From the NCBI GenBank assembly GCA_034670305.1, contig JAXMNT010000017.1, forward strand, positions 1 to 64,000: a stretch of 64,000 bases of DNA, given 5' to 3'. The stretch's first letter is position 1; each line of letters begins with the position of its first letter. Source of the stretch: Deltaproteobacteria bacterium (lineage in GTDB: Bacteria; Myxococcota_A; Polyangia; Polyangiales; Houyiibacteriaceae). Position numbers and translations under genes: made by a program. Shown piece after piece: positions 44,784 through 54,611 of the stretch. The notes beneath the pieces were generated by a model that was not told the origin of the DNA, searched no databases, and saw only the letters and a list, made by a program, of their open reading frames with translations.

Positions 44784-46256
44784 TCAGGAGTCCTTCCACG
44801 CAGTGTGGAGCCGGAACGGGAGGTGGTTCGGCATCGCGCACCGCGCGCGGGTCTCCAGGGTGCGGGCGTCGGTCACGGCGACGAAGGTCTCGTGGGTGCG
44901 CGCGTCGTAGACGTGGGTGAGCAGCCAGCCGGCGTCTTCGTCCGTGCCGAGGGCGGCGTCGGGGACGAACGTCGGCTGGCCGAGGAAGGTGTCGCGCCCG
45001 AAGTCGACCATCGACGATTGGTTGCGCTCTACGTCGTACTTGGCGAGGCGGTCCTGCATGCCGCGGGTCGTCGCTTCGATGTCTTGGTGCGCGGCGAGGT
45101 AGACGTATCGGTGAGACGCGCCAGCGACGGCGGGATGGATCTCCGGGAAGTCGCAGGGGTGGTTCCAGAGCGTCTCGAACGCGACCTCTCCGGCTTGAAT
45201 CGTCGCCCGGGTGAGCGCACCCCAGCACTCGAAGAGCGGCTCGCCGGTGTAGACGCGCCGAAGCCACTCGTTGCTGCCGAAGTTCGGGTAGCGGCAGAAG
45301 TCGATCACGATCTGGCCCCCGTGCTCGAACGCGTTCGCGAAGTGCCACTGGTAGAACGGCTCACACCGGAAACGGGTCTGGCGCTCGGGGGCGTCGATCG
45401 GGACGATGACGACTTCGGTCCCGCGCTCGGGTTCCCACGCCAGGCTCTCGTCGAACCCGGACAGACCGAGCAGCGCCGGGAGCAGCCGCAAGCGCAGCGG
45501 TGAGATGAAGAAGATCAGGTGGTCTTGGGTCGCGGCGAAGTCGTGCACCATGCCGAGCGGAGAGACCGGCACGCCGCCGAAACGGCGGGGCGGCAGGGCG
45601 GGGTCGTCCGGGAGTTCGAACAGATCGAGCACGCTCTTCGGTCCCGGGCAGATGCCAAAATTGTAGGCGGCCTTTCGTGCGGGCACGTGGTGCGGGTGGG
45701 CGGAGAACCCCATGCGCACGACGTCGTCGAAGGCGCCGGTCCCGATCGTCTCGAGCGTGACCGGATCGATCTCGGTGGGCAGGCCCGCTTCCCACAACGC
45801 GAACAGTCGGCCGCCCCGGACCATCATCGCCGTGTTCGCCACGTTCTTGCCGCGCTTGCCCGGCGCCCGGAAGAACAGGGACGCATCGAACCGGCGCCGG
45901 TACCCGCCGTAGATCATCCGTCCTGCGGTTTGTTCCGCGCGCAGCCCAGCGCTCTGCACCAGCCGCACGGCCCCATGCGCGGCTCCGTCTCCGAAGTGGA
46001 CGGCGCTGACCGCGCCATCCCCGTCGAACCAGTGCGCGTACGACTCTCCGAACAAGCGGGTCTTGCTCGGGCCTGTCGCGTAGAGCGCGCCCCGCAAGCT
46101 GGGCGGCACCGAACCTTCGATGCGCAGGGGCAGCGGCCCGTGTTCGACCTCGAGGGACTCGAAGGCGCGCCGACAGCGGAGGCGCTGCGGCGCGTGCCGG
46201 TCTGCGGACGCCCCGAGGACGCGCGCAATGCTGCTCGAGCTGGTCGACCCATCCAT
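44784..46256 (-). CDS. Carotenoid oxygenase (RPE65 family)
   Basis: HWFDGDG, NVANT and four Fe-binding His (FSAHP, MVHDF, WHFANA, RLH). Confidence 0.92.
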   Translation of the reverse strand: MDGSTSSSSIARVLGASADRHAPQRLRCRRAFESLEVEHGPLPLRIEGSVPPSLRGALYATGPSKTRLFGESYAHWFDGDGAVSAVHFGDGAAHGAVRLVQSAGLRAEQTAGRMIYGGYRRRFDASLFFRAPGKRGKNVANTAMMVRGGRLFALWEAGLPTEIDPVTLETIGTGAFDDVVRMGFSAHPHHVPARKAAYNFGICPGPKSVLDLFELPDDPALPPRRFGGVPVSPLGMVHDFAATQDHLIFFISPLRLRLLPALLGLSGFDESLAWEPERGTEVVIVPIDAPERQTRFRCEPFYQWHFANAFEHGGQIVIDFCRYPNFGSNEWLRRVYTGEPLFECWGALTRATIQAGEVAFETLWNHPCDFPEIHPAVAGASHRYVYLAAHQDIEATTRGMQDRLAKYDVERNQSSMVDFGRDTFLGQPTFVPDAALGTDEDAGWLLTHVYDARTHETFVAVTDARTLETRARCAMPNHLPFRLHTAWKDS

Positions 46257-46384
46257 GTGCCGAGGGTGCCAGACGTCGGGGTTCGGATCGATGGCTCGGA
46301 AGGTCCGGCCTCGAATCCGGTGGAACAAGCGCCGGATCGACCGCGCTCGGATCGACGCCGCCGGGTTTTGCGGTAGTCCACTGG

Positions 46385-47116
46385 ATGCCCGTCGAACTGC
46401 ACGTCAACGTCGATCACGTCGCAACCCTGCGCCAGGCCCGCGGGACCAAGTACCCCGATCCAGTGCACGCGGCGATTCAGTGCGAGCTGGCGGGCGCGCA
46501 CGGCATCACCGTGCACCTGCGCGAGGACCGTCGGCACATTCAGGACCGCGACGTGCGGGTGTTGCGCGAAGTCGTCACCACGCGACTCAACCTCGAGATG
46601 GCCGCGACCGAGGAGATGCTGCGCATCGCTCTCGAGACCGCGCCGGATCTCGTCACGCTCGTGCCCGAGAAACGTGAAGAGCAGACGACCGAAGGTGGAC
46701 TCGACGTCGTGGCACACCAGAAGTCCCTGAAGCCGCTCATCGCAGCGCTCCTCGAAGCCAACATTCCGACCAGCTTGTTCGTCGATCCGGACGCGCGGCA
46801 GATCGACGCCGCGGTGGCGCTCGGCGCCGCCACGGTGGAGCTGCACACGGGCGACTACGCGAACGCCCAAGGCGGCGCGCTCGAGAAGGAGCTGCAGCGG
46901 CTGGCCGACGCCGCCGAACATGCGGAGGGGCACCCGCTCATCGTGGCGGCCGGACACGGGTTGACCGTTCGCAACCTCGCGGACCTGTTGGTCGAAGCGC
47001 CGCCGATCGCGGAACTCAACATTGGGCACGCGCTGGTGTCCGACGCGGTGTTCTACGGCCTCGAGGGTGCGGTGCAGCGGTTTCTCGACGCCATCGCCGA
47101 CGGGGAAGCGGAGTAG
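46385..47116 (+). CDS. pdxJ: Pyridoxine 5'-phosphate synthase
   Basis: NVDHVATLRQAR, HLREDRRHI, TTEGGL, ELHTG, AGHGL and ELNIGH motifs. Confidence 0.97.
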   Translation: MPVELHVNVDHVATLRQARGTKYPDPVHAAIQCELAGAHGITVHLREDRRHIQDRDVRVLREVVTTRLNLEMAATEEMLRIALETAPDLVTLVPEKREEQTTEGGLDVVAHQKSLKPLIAALLEANIPTSLFVDPDARQIDAAVALGAATVELHTGDYANAQGGALEKELQRLADAAEHAEGHPLIVAAGHGLTVRNLADLLVEAPPIAELNIGHALVSDAVFYGLEGAVQRFLDAIADGEAE

Positions 47117-47120
47117 AACG

Positions 47121-48653
47121 ATGACGTTGCCGCTTTGCACCCGCGCTCAGTCGACCGCCTTCGACGCCGCCGCGATCGACGCCGGCGTGCCCGGCATCGT
47201 GTTGATGGAGAACGCCGGCCGGGGCGCCGCGGAAGTGGTGCGCGCGGAGCTCGATCGGTTGCCGGCGGGCAGACACGAAGTCGTGTGCATCGGTGGCACC
47301 GGCAACAACGGCGGCGACGCGTGGGTGGTGGCGCGGCATCTGGTGCGGCAGCAACTGAAGGTGCGGGCGATCCTCGTTGGTTCGAGCTCGGCGCTCACCG
47401 GCGATGCGTCGATCGCGTTCGAGGCCCTGCGTGCGGTCGGCGTCGAGGTGCGCGAAGTGGCGCCTGGTCCCATCCCACTCGACGGCGCGTCGCTGATCGT
47501 CGACGGCCTCTTCGGCACCGGCCTCTCGCGTCCGATCGAAGGCGGCTTCGCGGAGGTGGTGGAGTCGATCGTCCGGGCGGCTGGAGACGGGACGCACGTC
47601 GTGGCGCTGGATCTCCCGAGCGGCGTCGACGCCGACACCGGTCAGGTGCTCGGGGTCGCCGTGCGCGCCGACTGCACCGTGACCTTCGCGGCGCGCAAAC
47701 GTGGCCTCACCCAATACCCGGGACGCGCGCTCGCCGGCCGCGTGGTCGTGGCCGACATCGGTGTGCCCGCGCCCATCGTCGACCAAGCCTCGATCATCGA
47801 GGACAGCGATCTGATGCGCTGGGTCCCGGCGCGTGCCGCCGACGCCCACAAAGGCATCGCGGGTCGGGTGCTCGTCGCGGGGGGCAGCCCAGGCAAAACC
47901 GGTGCGGGCATCCTGGCGGGGTGGGGTGCGCTTCGCGGCGGGGCCGGCCTCGTGACCATCGCGACCAAAGCGCAGGCCGCCATCGACGCGAAGGTCGTCG
48001 AGCTCATGACCCGTCCGCTCGGAAGCGCCGAAGAGCTGCTCGAGCAGATCGACCAACACGACGCCGCGGTGATCGGACCGGGTCTCGGGCTCAGCGCGAA
48101 CAGCGCCGACCGGGTGCGCGAAGCACTGACGAGTGAGACCCCATTGGTCTTGGACGCCGACGCCCTGACCCACATCGCCAAACTCGGGGAGGGCGGCTTC
48201 GCGCTCCTCAAGAACGCCACTGCGATTCGTGTACTGACGCCGCATCCGGGAGAAGCGGCACGGCTGCTCGGCACGACGTCGGCGGAAGTGCAGGCGGACC
48301 GATTCGGCGCGGCCGAGACACTGGCGCAGAAGTGCGGTCAGGTGGTGTTGCTCAAGGGCGCGGGCAGCATCGTCGTCGATCCGCGATCGGACCATTGCCG
48401 GGTCTGCGTGGCCGGCACGCCCGCGCTTGCGGTCGGAGGCACCGGCGACGTGCTCGCCGGGCTGGTGGGCGCGCTGCTCGCGTGTGGCGTGTCTGCGTAC
48501 GATGCGGCGAGCGCTGCCGCGCAGCTGTGTGCGCGCGCCGGGGAACTCGCCGCGGTGGGGGATCGGGGTGTGCGGGCGCGCGAAGTCGCCGACCGGATCC
48601 CGCACGTGCTCGCCGCGGTGTTGTCTCGGGGATCTCAGGCGGCGGCGACGTAG
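47121..48653 (+). CDS. nnr: Bifunctional NAD(P)H-hydrate epimerase/dehydratase
   Basis: LMENAG, GNNGGD, DLPSG, HKG, LTPHPGE and GTGDVLAG motifs. Confidence 0.95.
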   Translation: MTLPLCTRAQSTAFDAAAIDAGVPGIVLMENAGRGAAEVVRAELDRLPAGRHEVVCIGGTGNNGGDAWVVARHLVRQQLKVRAILVGSSSALTGDASIAFEALRAVGVEVREVAPGPIPLDGASLIVDGLFGTGLSRPIEGGFAEVVESIVRAAGDGTHVVALDLPSGVDADTGQVLGVAVRADCTVTFAARKRGLTQYPGRALAGRVVVADIGVPAPIVDQASIIEDSDLMRWVPARAADAHKGIAGRVLVAGGSPGKTGAGILAGWGALRGGAGLVTIATKAQAAIDAKVVELMTRPLGSAEELLEQIDQHDAAVIGPGLGLSANSADRVREALTSETPLVLDADALTHIAKLGEGGFALLKNATAIRVLTPHPGEAARLLGTTSAEVQADRFGAAETLAQKCGQVVLLKGAGSIVVDPRSDHCRVCVAGTPALAVGGTGDVLAGLVGALLACGVSAYDAASAAAQLCARAGELAAVGDRGVRAREVADRIPHVLAAVLSRGSQAAAT

Positions 48654-49270
48654 CCTTCCTGCTCGGCGTAGTCGCGGAGCTTGGCGGAGAGCGCGCGGCG
48701 CCCGCGGTGCAGCCGGGACATCACGGTGCCCACCGGACAGCCAATGGCGTCCGCGGCTTCTTTGTAGGAGCGGCCCTGGAGGTCGACCATCACGACGACC
48801 TGGCGGAAGGCATCCGGCAGGTCTTCCAGCGCGCATTTGACCTCGTCCCCGACCAGGGCGAGCGCCGGACGTTTGGCTTCGAGGCTGGCCTCTCCGCGGG
48901 ACCAGTGCGGATCGCGGACGGTTTCGACCCGGACCTGGGCGAGGATCTCGCGTTCGCGCTTCTTGCGGCGGTAGCCGTTGACGAAGGTGTTGAAGAGGAT
49001 CCGGTGCATCCAAGCGCGGGCGTTGGTGCCTTCTTCGAAGCGGTCCCAGAAGGCCCAGGCGCGGGTCATGGCTTCTTGGAGGACGTCGTCGGCGTCCGAG
49101 CGACTGCGCGTGAGCCGCACCGCGGCGCCGTAGAGTTCGTCGAGGTAGGGGCTCACCGCCGCCTGGAACTCGGCGCGGGTGCGCTCGGCGGAGCGGGGGG
49201 TGTCGGTCTGGGGGCGCTGGGTCTGGGGGCGCTGGGTGCGCGCTTGGGGTGACTGGCTCGAATCGGTCAT
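48635..49270 (-). CDS. ECF RNA polymerase sigma factor
   Basis: DADDVLQE, AWMHRIL, SYKEAA and GTVMSRLHRGR motifs; GGAGGA RBS. Confidence 0.93.
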   Translation of the reverse strand: MTDSSQSPQARTQRPQTQRPQTDTPRSAERTRAEFQAAVSPYLDELYGAAVRLTRSRSDADDVLQEAMTRAWAFWDRFEEGTNARAWMHRILFNTFVNGYRRKKREREILAQVRVETVRDPHWSRGEASLEAKRPALALVGDEVKCALEDLPDAFRQVVVMVDLQGRSYKEAADAIGCPVGTVMSRLHRGRRALSAKLRDYAEQEGYVAAA

Positions 49271-49294
49271 TGGAAGTCCTCCGGAGGACAACAG

Positions 49295-49310
49295 AGCAAG
49301 TCGGGTGCCA
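49295..49310 (-). promoter_or_regulatory. Sigma-54 (-24/-12) promoter of the ECF sigma gene
   Basis: TGGCAC-CCGAC-TTGCT, close to the TGGCAC-N5-TTGCW consensus, 24 bp upstream of the ATG. Confidence 0.75.
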
Positions 49311-49556
49311 GGCCATGAACCTCCGAAAATACCGGAGTTTTCGTGTCCACGACCGCCTCGACCCGCCACGCTGTCCTCTCTCGTCCACATCGTCGTGTCA
49401 GGGTGTCAGCGCCGGCCCTCGGGTCCACGAAGCGGCGTTCGGAGCCGAACTGCGTGGGTGGGTGCGCCATGGAAGAGACAGTCGCAGCGAGATGTGGCGG
49501 AAATGCGGCGGCGGGGCGGAGAGGGGGAGGAGGTTGCGGAGCTGCGCAAGCAGCTC

Positions 49557-49750
49557 CCCTTGCCCGTGCCCTTGCCCGTGCCCTTGTCCTTGGTTCTCGT
49601 GCGGGGCCGGTTTCCCGAAGCCGAAGCCGATGCCGATGCCGATGCCGAAGCCGATGCCGATGCCGAAGCCCAAAGCCGAAGCCCGAAGCCCGAAGCCGAA
49701 GACGAAGCCAGGACGGCGGGCAAGGGCACGGGCACGGGCACGGGCAAGGG
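49557..49750 (+). repeat. Composite array: CCCTTG/CCCGTG arm, GCCGAW core, inverted GGGCAA/GGGCAC arm
   Basis: Visible; the two arms are mutually complementary. Confidence 0.92.
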
Positions 49751-49793
49751 TCCTACCAGGGGCCTCTTCGTGGTCCCTGGTAGGATGCGCGGC

Positions 49794-50765
49794 ATGTACC
49801 GCGAGAACGCTGGGCCTTCGGAGAACGTTTGGACCGTAGATGCCGCGCGCGTGGAGGCGGCGGTGGCGGTGGTGCGCAAACACCTGCTCGTGACGCCCCT
49901 GGTGCCGGCGCCGAGTGTGCATCCGCGGGTGTGGCTCAAACTCGAGACCAAGCAGCTCACCGGCTCGTTCAAAGTGCGCGGTGCGCTCGTACGGCTCTCG
50001 TTGATCCCGGCGGACCAGCGTGCGGCGGGCATCGTCACCGCGTCGGCCGGCAACCATGGGCTCGGCATCGCGTTCGCCGGGCGGGTGCTCGGGGTGCGGG
50101 CGCGGGTGTTCGTTCCGAAACACACTCCGGCGATCAAACGCAACGGCATCGCCGCGAGCGGGGCCGAGGTGATCGTCACCGAGTGCGCCGGCTACGACGA
50201 GACCGAGATGCTCGCGCGCACGGTCGCGGAGGAGGAAGGTGTGCCCTTCGTCTCGCCCTACGACGACCCGGACGTGGCCGCGGGCAACGGAGGCACGGTG
50301 GGGCGTGAGATCTTCGATGCGGTCACCGGCGTCGACGCGCTCGTCTGTCCGGTCGGCGGCGGCGGTCTCATCGCAGGTCTCGCCGCAGCACGGGATGCGT
50401 GGTCGCCGAAGACGGCGCTCATCGGGGTCAATGCGGAAGCCTCGCCTGGCATGCTGCGCAGCGTCCAAGAGGGACGGGCGCTCGACAGCCTCGAACCGGT
50501 GGAGACCCTCGCCGAGGGACTCGAGGGCGGGGTGTGTCCGTCCACCTTCGCTGCGGTCCTCGCGGCGAAGGTGGAGATGAAAGCCGTCGACGAAGCGTCG
50601 ATCGCCGACGCGATGCGTTTCGCGAAGACCATGCTCGGCGAGGTCGTGGAAGGCAGCGGCGCGGTCGGCATCGCCTGGGCGCGCGCCCACGCGGACTCGG
50701 TGCCAGGCACCGGCAACATCGTCGTGGTCGCCACCGGCCGCAACGTCGACCGCATACCCGACTGA
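49794..50765 (+). CDS. PLP-dependent threonine/serine dehydratase family protein
   Basis: KLE..Q.TGSFKVRGA, SAGNHG and PVGGGGL motifs. Confidence 0.9.
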   Translation: MYRENAGPSENVWTVDAARVEAAVAVVRKHLLVTPLVPAPSVHPRVWLKLETKQLTGSFKVRGALVRLSLIPADQRAAGIVTASAGNHGLGIAFAGRVLGVRARVFVPKHTPAIKRNGIAASGAEVIVTECAGYDETEMLARTVAEEEGVPFVSPYDDPDVAAGNGGTVGREIFDAVTGVDALVCPVGGGGLIAGLAAARDAWSPKTALIGVNAEASPGMLRSVQEGRALDSLEPVETLAEGLEGGVCPSTFAAVLAAKVEMKAVDEASIADAMRFAKTMLGEVVEGSGAVGIAWARAHADSVPGTGNIVVVATGRNVDRIPD

Positions 50766-50828
50766 TTAACTCGTCAAACTTCTGTGAGTCACGCTGCGCG
50801 CAGCCTCACGACCGAACCAGCAACCGAC

Positions 50829-50857
50829 TTGACCCCTGATATTTCAGGGCCATAGTT
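50829..50857 (+). promoter_or_regulatory. Putative promoter with a palindromic operator
   Basis: TTGACC -35 element; CCCTGA-TATT-TCAGGG palindrome at 50834-50849; -10-like CATAGT. Confidence 0.45.
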
Positions 50858-50894
50858 CAATCCCCGGTTTTCCGACCGAATAGGAGCGACAAAG

Positions 50895-52070
50895 ATGGCG
50901 AAGACATACGCCGACCTTCTCAAAGACGTCAAAGGCGCGATCCGTCAGGTCTCGCTGGACGACCTCCATGCCCGCATCGAAGCCGGCGAAGAGATCACCC
51001 TCGTCGACGTGCGCGAGAAGGACGAGTGGCGCCAGGGGCACATCCCTGGTGCCGTCCACCTGCCGCGCGGGTTCCTCGAGATGCAGGCGGAGAAGCGCCT
51101 GACCGACAAGCAAGCGACGATCGTCACCTACTGCGCGGGCGGCATTCGATCGGCGTTCGCGGCGAAGATCCTCTCCGAGCTCGGCTTCGAAAAAGTCGAG
51201 AGCGCGAACCCGGGGTTCAACGACTGGAAGGACAAGGGCTACCCGACCGACCGTCCCTTCGCGTTCACCGAAGCGCAGCTCAGCCGGTACAGCCGACACC
51301 TGCTCTTGCCGGAAGTCGGCGAGAAGGGGCAGGCCAAACTGCTCCAGAGCCGGGTGCTCCTGCTCGGCGCCGGCGGTCTTGGATCTCCGGCGGCGCTGTA
51401 CCTCGCGGCCGCGGGCGTCGGTACACTCGGCGTCATCGATGGCGACGTCGTCGACGCGTCGAACCTGCAGCGCCAGGTCATCCATGGCCTCGACAGCGTC
51501 GACCAGTCCAAGGTCGCGAGCGCGGCGGCGCGCATCGCCAACTTGAACCCGGACGTCCAGGTCATCCCCTTCGACGAGCGGCTCGACAGCTCGAACATCG
51601 ACCGGATCTTCGACCAGGGCTGGGACGTCATCGTGGACGGCCTCGACAACTTCCCGACCCGGTACCTCGTGAACGACGCGAGTGTCTGGAAAGACATCCC
51701 GGTCGTGCACGGGTCGATCTTCCGCTTCGACGGACAGGTCACGACGTTCTGGGCCGGTGAAGGTGCGGGACGTGGCCCCTGCTACCGCTGCTTGTACCCG
51801 GAGCCGCCCCCCGCCCACCTCGCGCCGAGCTGCGCCGAAGCGGGCGTGCTCGGCGTCTTGCCCGGCGTCATCGGCACCTTGCAGGCCACCGAAGCGATCA
51901 AGATCCTGCTCGGCCAGGGCGAGCCGCTCGTCGGCCGCTTGCTCCAGTACGACTCCATGGCGATGAGCTTCCGCAACTTCAAGTTGCCGAAGGATCCGGA
52001 CTGCGTGGTCTGCGGCAAGAGCCCCAGCATCACCGAGTACATCGACTACCAGGGTTTCTGCGCCGCGTAG
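50895..52070 (+). CDS. moeB: Rhodanese-MoeB/ThiF adenylyltransferase fusion (MoeZ-like)
   Basis: DVRE..EW..GHIPGA, CAGGIRS, RYSRH, GAGGLG, SNLQRQ, CYRC and SCAEAGVLG motifs. Confidence 0.93.
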   Translation: MAKTYADLLKDVKGAIRQVSLDDLHARIEAGEEITLVDVREKDEWRQGHIPGAVHLPRGFLEMQAEKRLTDKQATIVTYCAGGIRSAFAAKILSELGFEKVESANPGFNDWKDKGYPTDRPFAFTEAQLSRYSRHLLLPEVGEKGQAKLLQSRVLLLGAGGLGSPAALYLAAAGVGTLGVIDGDVVDASNLQRQVIHGLDSVDQSKVASAAARIANLNPDVQVIPFDERLDSSNIDRIFDQGWDVIVDGLDNFPTRYLVNDASVWKDIPVVHGSIFRFDGQVTTFWAGEGAGRGPCYRCLYPEPPPAHLAPSCAEAGVLGVLPGVIGTLQATEAIKILLGQGEPLVGRLLQYDSMAMSFRNFKLPKDPDCVVCGKSPSITEYIDYQGFCAA

Positions 52071-52141
52071 AGTGGGCGGGTCACACCGCGCCCAGGTGGA
52101 ATGGCTGGCTTTGATGGGCGTTCGTTGCTAACGACACGCCA

Positions 52142-52837
52142 ATGGGCCTGTTCACGAAAAAAGAAGAGCTGCCTCCGATGCCGGCTGGACCGCCTCGCGC
52201 GGCCAAGTGGATCGGGGTCTGCCTCGCGGCGACGGCGCTCCTCACGGTCGCGGATCTGTGGAGCAAGGATTGGGCGCTCGAGACCCTGTCGGCCGAACGC
52301 ACGGCCGAGCCGCCGCCCGTCTGCGAGGCGAACGAACAGGGCTACATCGTCCACCAGCGGCGCCAGACCGAGGTGGTCGAGCTCGTCGAAGGCTCCCTCG
52401 AGTTCCGGTACCAGGAGAACTGCGGCGCGGCGTTCGGACTCTTCCGCAACCAGCCCGCGTGGGTGCGCAACTCGGTGTTCGGTCTCGCGGCCGTGCTGGC
52501 GAGCTTGGCGCTTCTGTGGATGTTCGCCAAGGGACGCGGGGGCCGCTTCTTCGCGATGAGCGTGCCCTTCGTCGTGAGCGGCGCGATCGGCAACCTCGTC
52601 GACCGGCTCCGGCTTGGTTACGTGGTGGACTTCATCCGTTTCTATTGGGATGGAGAACTCTTCGGCTTACGCGAGTGGCCGACCTTCAACGTCGCGGACG
52701 TGACGATCACCATCGGCGTGATCTTCCTGATCATCGACGGCTACCTCGAGGGCAAGCGACACAAGGCCTGGGCGGCGGAGCAGGGCGGCGTGCCAGCGCC
52801 CGGCGCGGTCGGCGACAAGAAGGCCAAAGCCGTCTAG
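52142..52837 (+). CDS. lspA: Lipoprotein signal peptidase II
   Basis: N.GAAFG, GAIGNLVDR, VVDFI and FNVAD motifs. Confidence 0.95.
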   Translation: MGLFTKKEELPPMPAGPPRAAKWIGVCLAATALLTVADLWSKDWALETLSAERTAEPPPVCEANEQGYIVHQRRQTEVVELVEGSLEFRYQENCGAAFGLFRNQPAWVRNSVFGLAAVLASLALLWMFAKGRGGRFFAMSVPFVVSGAIGNLVDRLRLGYVVDFIRFYWDGELFGLREWPTFNVADVTITIGVIFLIIDGYLEGKRHKAWAAEQGGVPAPGAVGDKKAKAV

Positions 52838-52861
52838 CCGCGGCGCCGTAGCCCCGCCGCC

Positions 52862-53833
52862 ATGTACCCCAACCTCCTCGAAGCGTTCGCCGAGCGTCTT
52901 CCGGAGTGGTTCCAGGAGCTGCCCGCGTACTTCGCCATGTTGATGGTGGGGTTCGGTCTCGCGATCTACCTGGCGCAGCGGCAGACGCGGCGCATGGATC
53001 TCGATCACGACACGATGATCGACCTCGGCCTCTTCGCGCTGATCTGGGGCATCGTCGGCTCCCGCCTGCTGCACGTGATCGCGGACGGGTACTTCTGGGA
53101 CTACGTGCACCTCTGTACCGATCCCAGCCTGGTCGAGTGGCAGATCACCGAAGCCCGGTGCGCGCGTGCCGAAGGGATCTGGGACCAAGCGGCGGGGGTC
53201 TGCCGGCCGGCGGGGCGCGACTGCTTTGCGTGGGCGGCGTTTTGGCGGGGTGGGCTCGCGTACTACGGCGGACTCATCGCCGCCGCGATCTACGGGATCC
53301 ACTTCCTCCGCAAAGAGAAGTTCCCGGTGATGAAGGGCGTGGATCTGGTCGGCATGGTGATGCCGATCGGACTGTTCTTCGGACGGCTCGGATGTTTCCT
53401 CGGCGGGTGCTGTTTCGGCACCGTGACCGACGCCGGCCACTGGTCCGCGGTGCGCTTTCCGGCATGGAGCGCGGCGAGCGAGTCGCAGTGGAAGCGCGGC
53501 CTGCTCGAGTGGCCGCACGTCGAGTCGCTCCCGGTCTACCCAGCCCAGCTCTTCGAGTCGATCGGCTGCTTGGCCATCGCGGCGTTCTGCATGCTCTGGG
53601 TGCATCCGAGAAAACGTTTCGACGGCCAGGTGATGTTCACGTTCCTGGGCGCCTACGCGGTGCTTCGGTTCGCGCTCGAGTACATCCGGGACGACGACCG
53701 CGGGGCGTTGCTCGGGCTGTCCACCTCGCAGTTGATCGGGGTCGGCGTGCTGGCGTTGATCGCGTACCTGTGGGTGACGATGCAGCGGAAGGCGCGGGCG
53801 GGGCTGGCGGCGCAGGAAGCGCCGAAGCCGTAG
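52862..53833 (+). CDS. lgt: Prolipoprotein diacylglyceryl transferase
   Basis: [24 protein letters not shown] and RF..EY.R.D motifs. Confidence 0.92.
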   Translation: MYPNLLEAFAERLPEWFQELPAYFAMLMVGFGLAIYLAQRQTRRMDLDHDTMIDLGLFALIWGIVGSRLLHVIADGYFWDYVHLCTDPSLVEWQITEARCARAEGIWDQAAGVCRPAGRDCFAWAAFWRGGLAYYGGLIAAAIYGIHFLRKEKFPVMKGVDLVGMVMPIGLFFGRLGCFLGGCCFGTVTDAGHWSAVRFPAWSAASESQWKRGLLEWPHVESLPVYPAQLFESIGCLAIAAFCMLWVHPRKRFDGQVMFTFLGAYAVLRFALEYIRDDDRGALLGLSTSQLIGVGVLALIAYLWVTMQRKARAGLAAQEAPKP

Positions 53834-53873
53834 TCGGCGCTGGAGGCTGGAGCCGGCTGAGGCTGGCGCTGGT

Positions 53874-54071
53874 GCCGAAGCCGAAGCCGAAGCCGAAGCC
53901 GACGCCGAAGCCGAAGCCGAAGCCGAAGCCGAATCCGAATCCGAAGCCGAATCCGAATCCGAATCCGAATCCGAAGCCGAATCCGAAGCCGAAGCCGAAT
54001 CCGAAGCCGAAGCCGAATCCGAAGCCGAAGCCGAATGCGAATCCGAAGCCCGAAGCCGAGCCGAAGCCGAC
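53874..54071 (+). repeat. Hexamer array (GCCGAA/TCCGAA)n
   Basis: Visible tandem repeat. Confidence 0.95.
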
Positions 54072-54134
54072 TGCCCGACCCCGGCCGGAGGGGGTTGGGT
54101 TGCCGTGGGGACGGGGGGGGCTTATCCCTCCAGG

Positions 54135-54605
54135 GTGAGCGACGACGATTCGGCCGAAGAGAGAGAGCCCACTCGACAGGAGCGGCGGAGCCGGCTCGAG
54201 GGGCTGTTTCGCGAAGCGTTTCGGAAAGCGATCGAGAAGGGGGTCGAAGCGGGCGTCGGCACGCTGAGCAAGGCCGACAAAGCCGTGCGCGACGTCGTCG
54301 ACGATGTGCCGCTCCCGAAGGAGCTCCTCGGGTACGTGTTCAGCCAGGTGGACGACACCAAGAACGCGCTCGTGCGGGTCGTCGCCGGGGAGGTGCGCGA
54401 GTTCTTGGACGCGACCGATGTCGCCGGCGAACTGCAGCGCGCGCTCACGAGTCTGTCGTTCGAGATCAAGACCGAGGTTCGGTTCATCCCGAACGACGCC
54501 GGCGGTGTGAAGCCCCAGGTGAAGGTCGCCGCTGTGCCCAAGGTCAAGAAGAGTGACCGCACCGACCGCAAGTCCGAGCGTCCGCCGAAGGCCGAAGAAG
54601 AGTAA
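54135..54605 (+). CDS. Hypothetical helical protein
   Basis: Typical codon bias; first gene of an apparent operon. Confidence 0.75.
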   Translation: MSDDDSAEEREPTRQERRSRLEGLFREAFRKAIEKGVEAGVGTLSKADKAVRDVVDDVPLPKELLGYVFSQVDDTKNALVRVVAGEVREFLDATDVAGELQRALTSLSFEIKTEVRFIPNDAGGVKPQVKVAAVPKVKKSDRTDRKSERPPKAEEE

Positions 54606-54611
54606 GCCACC

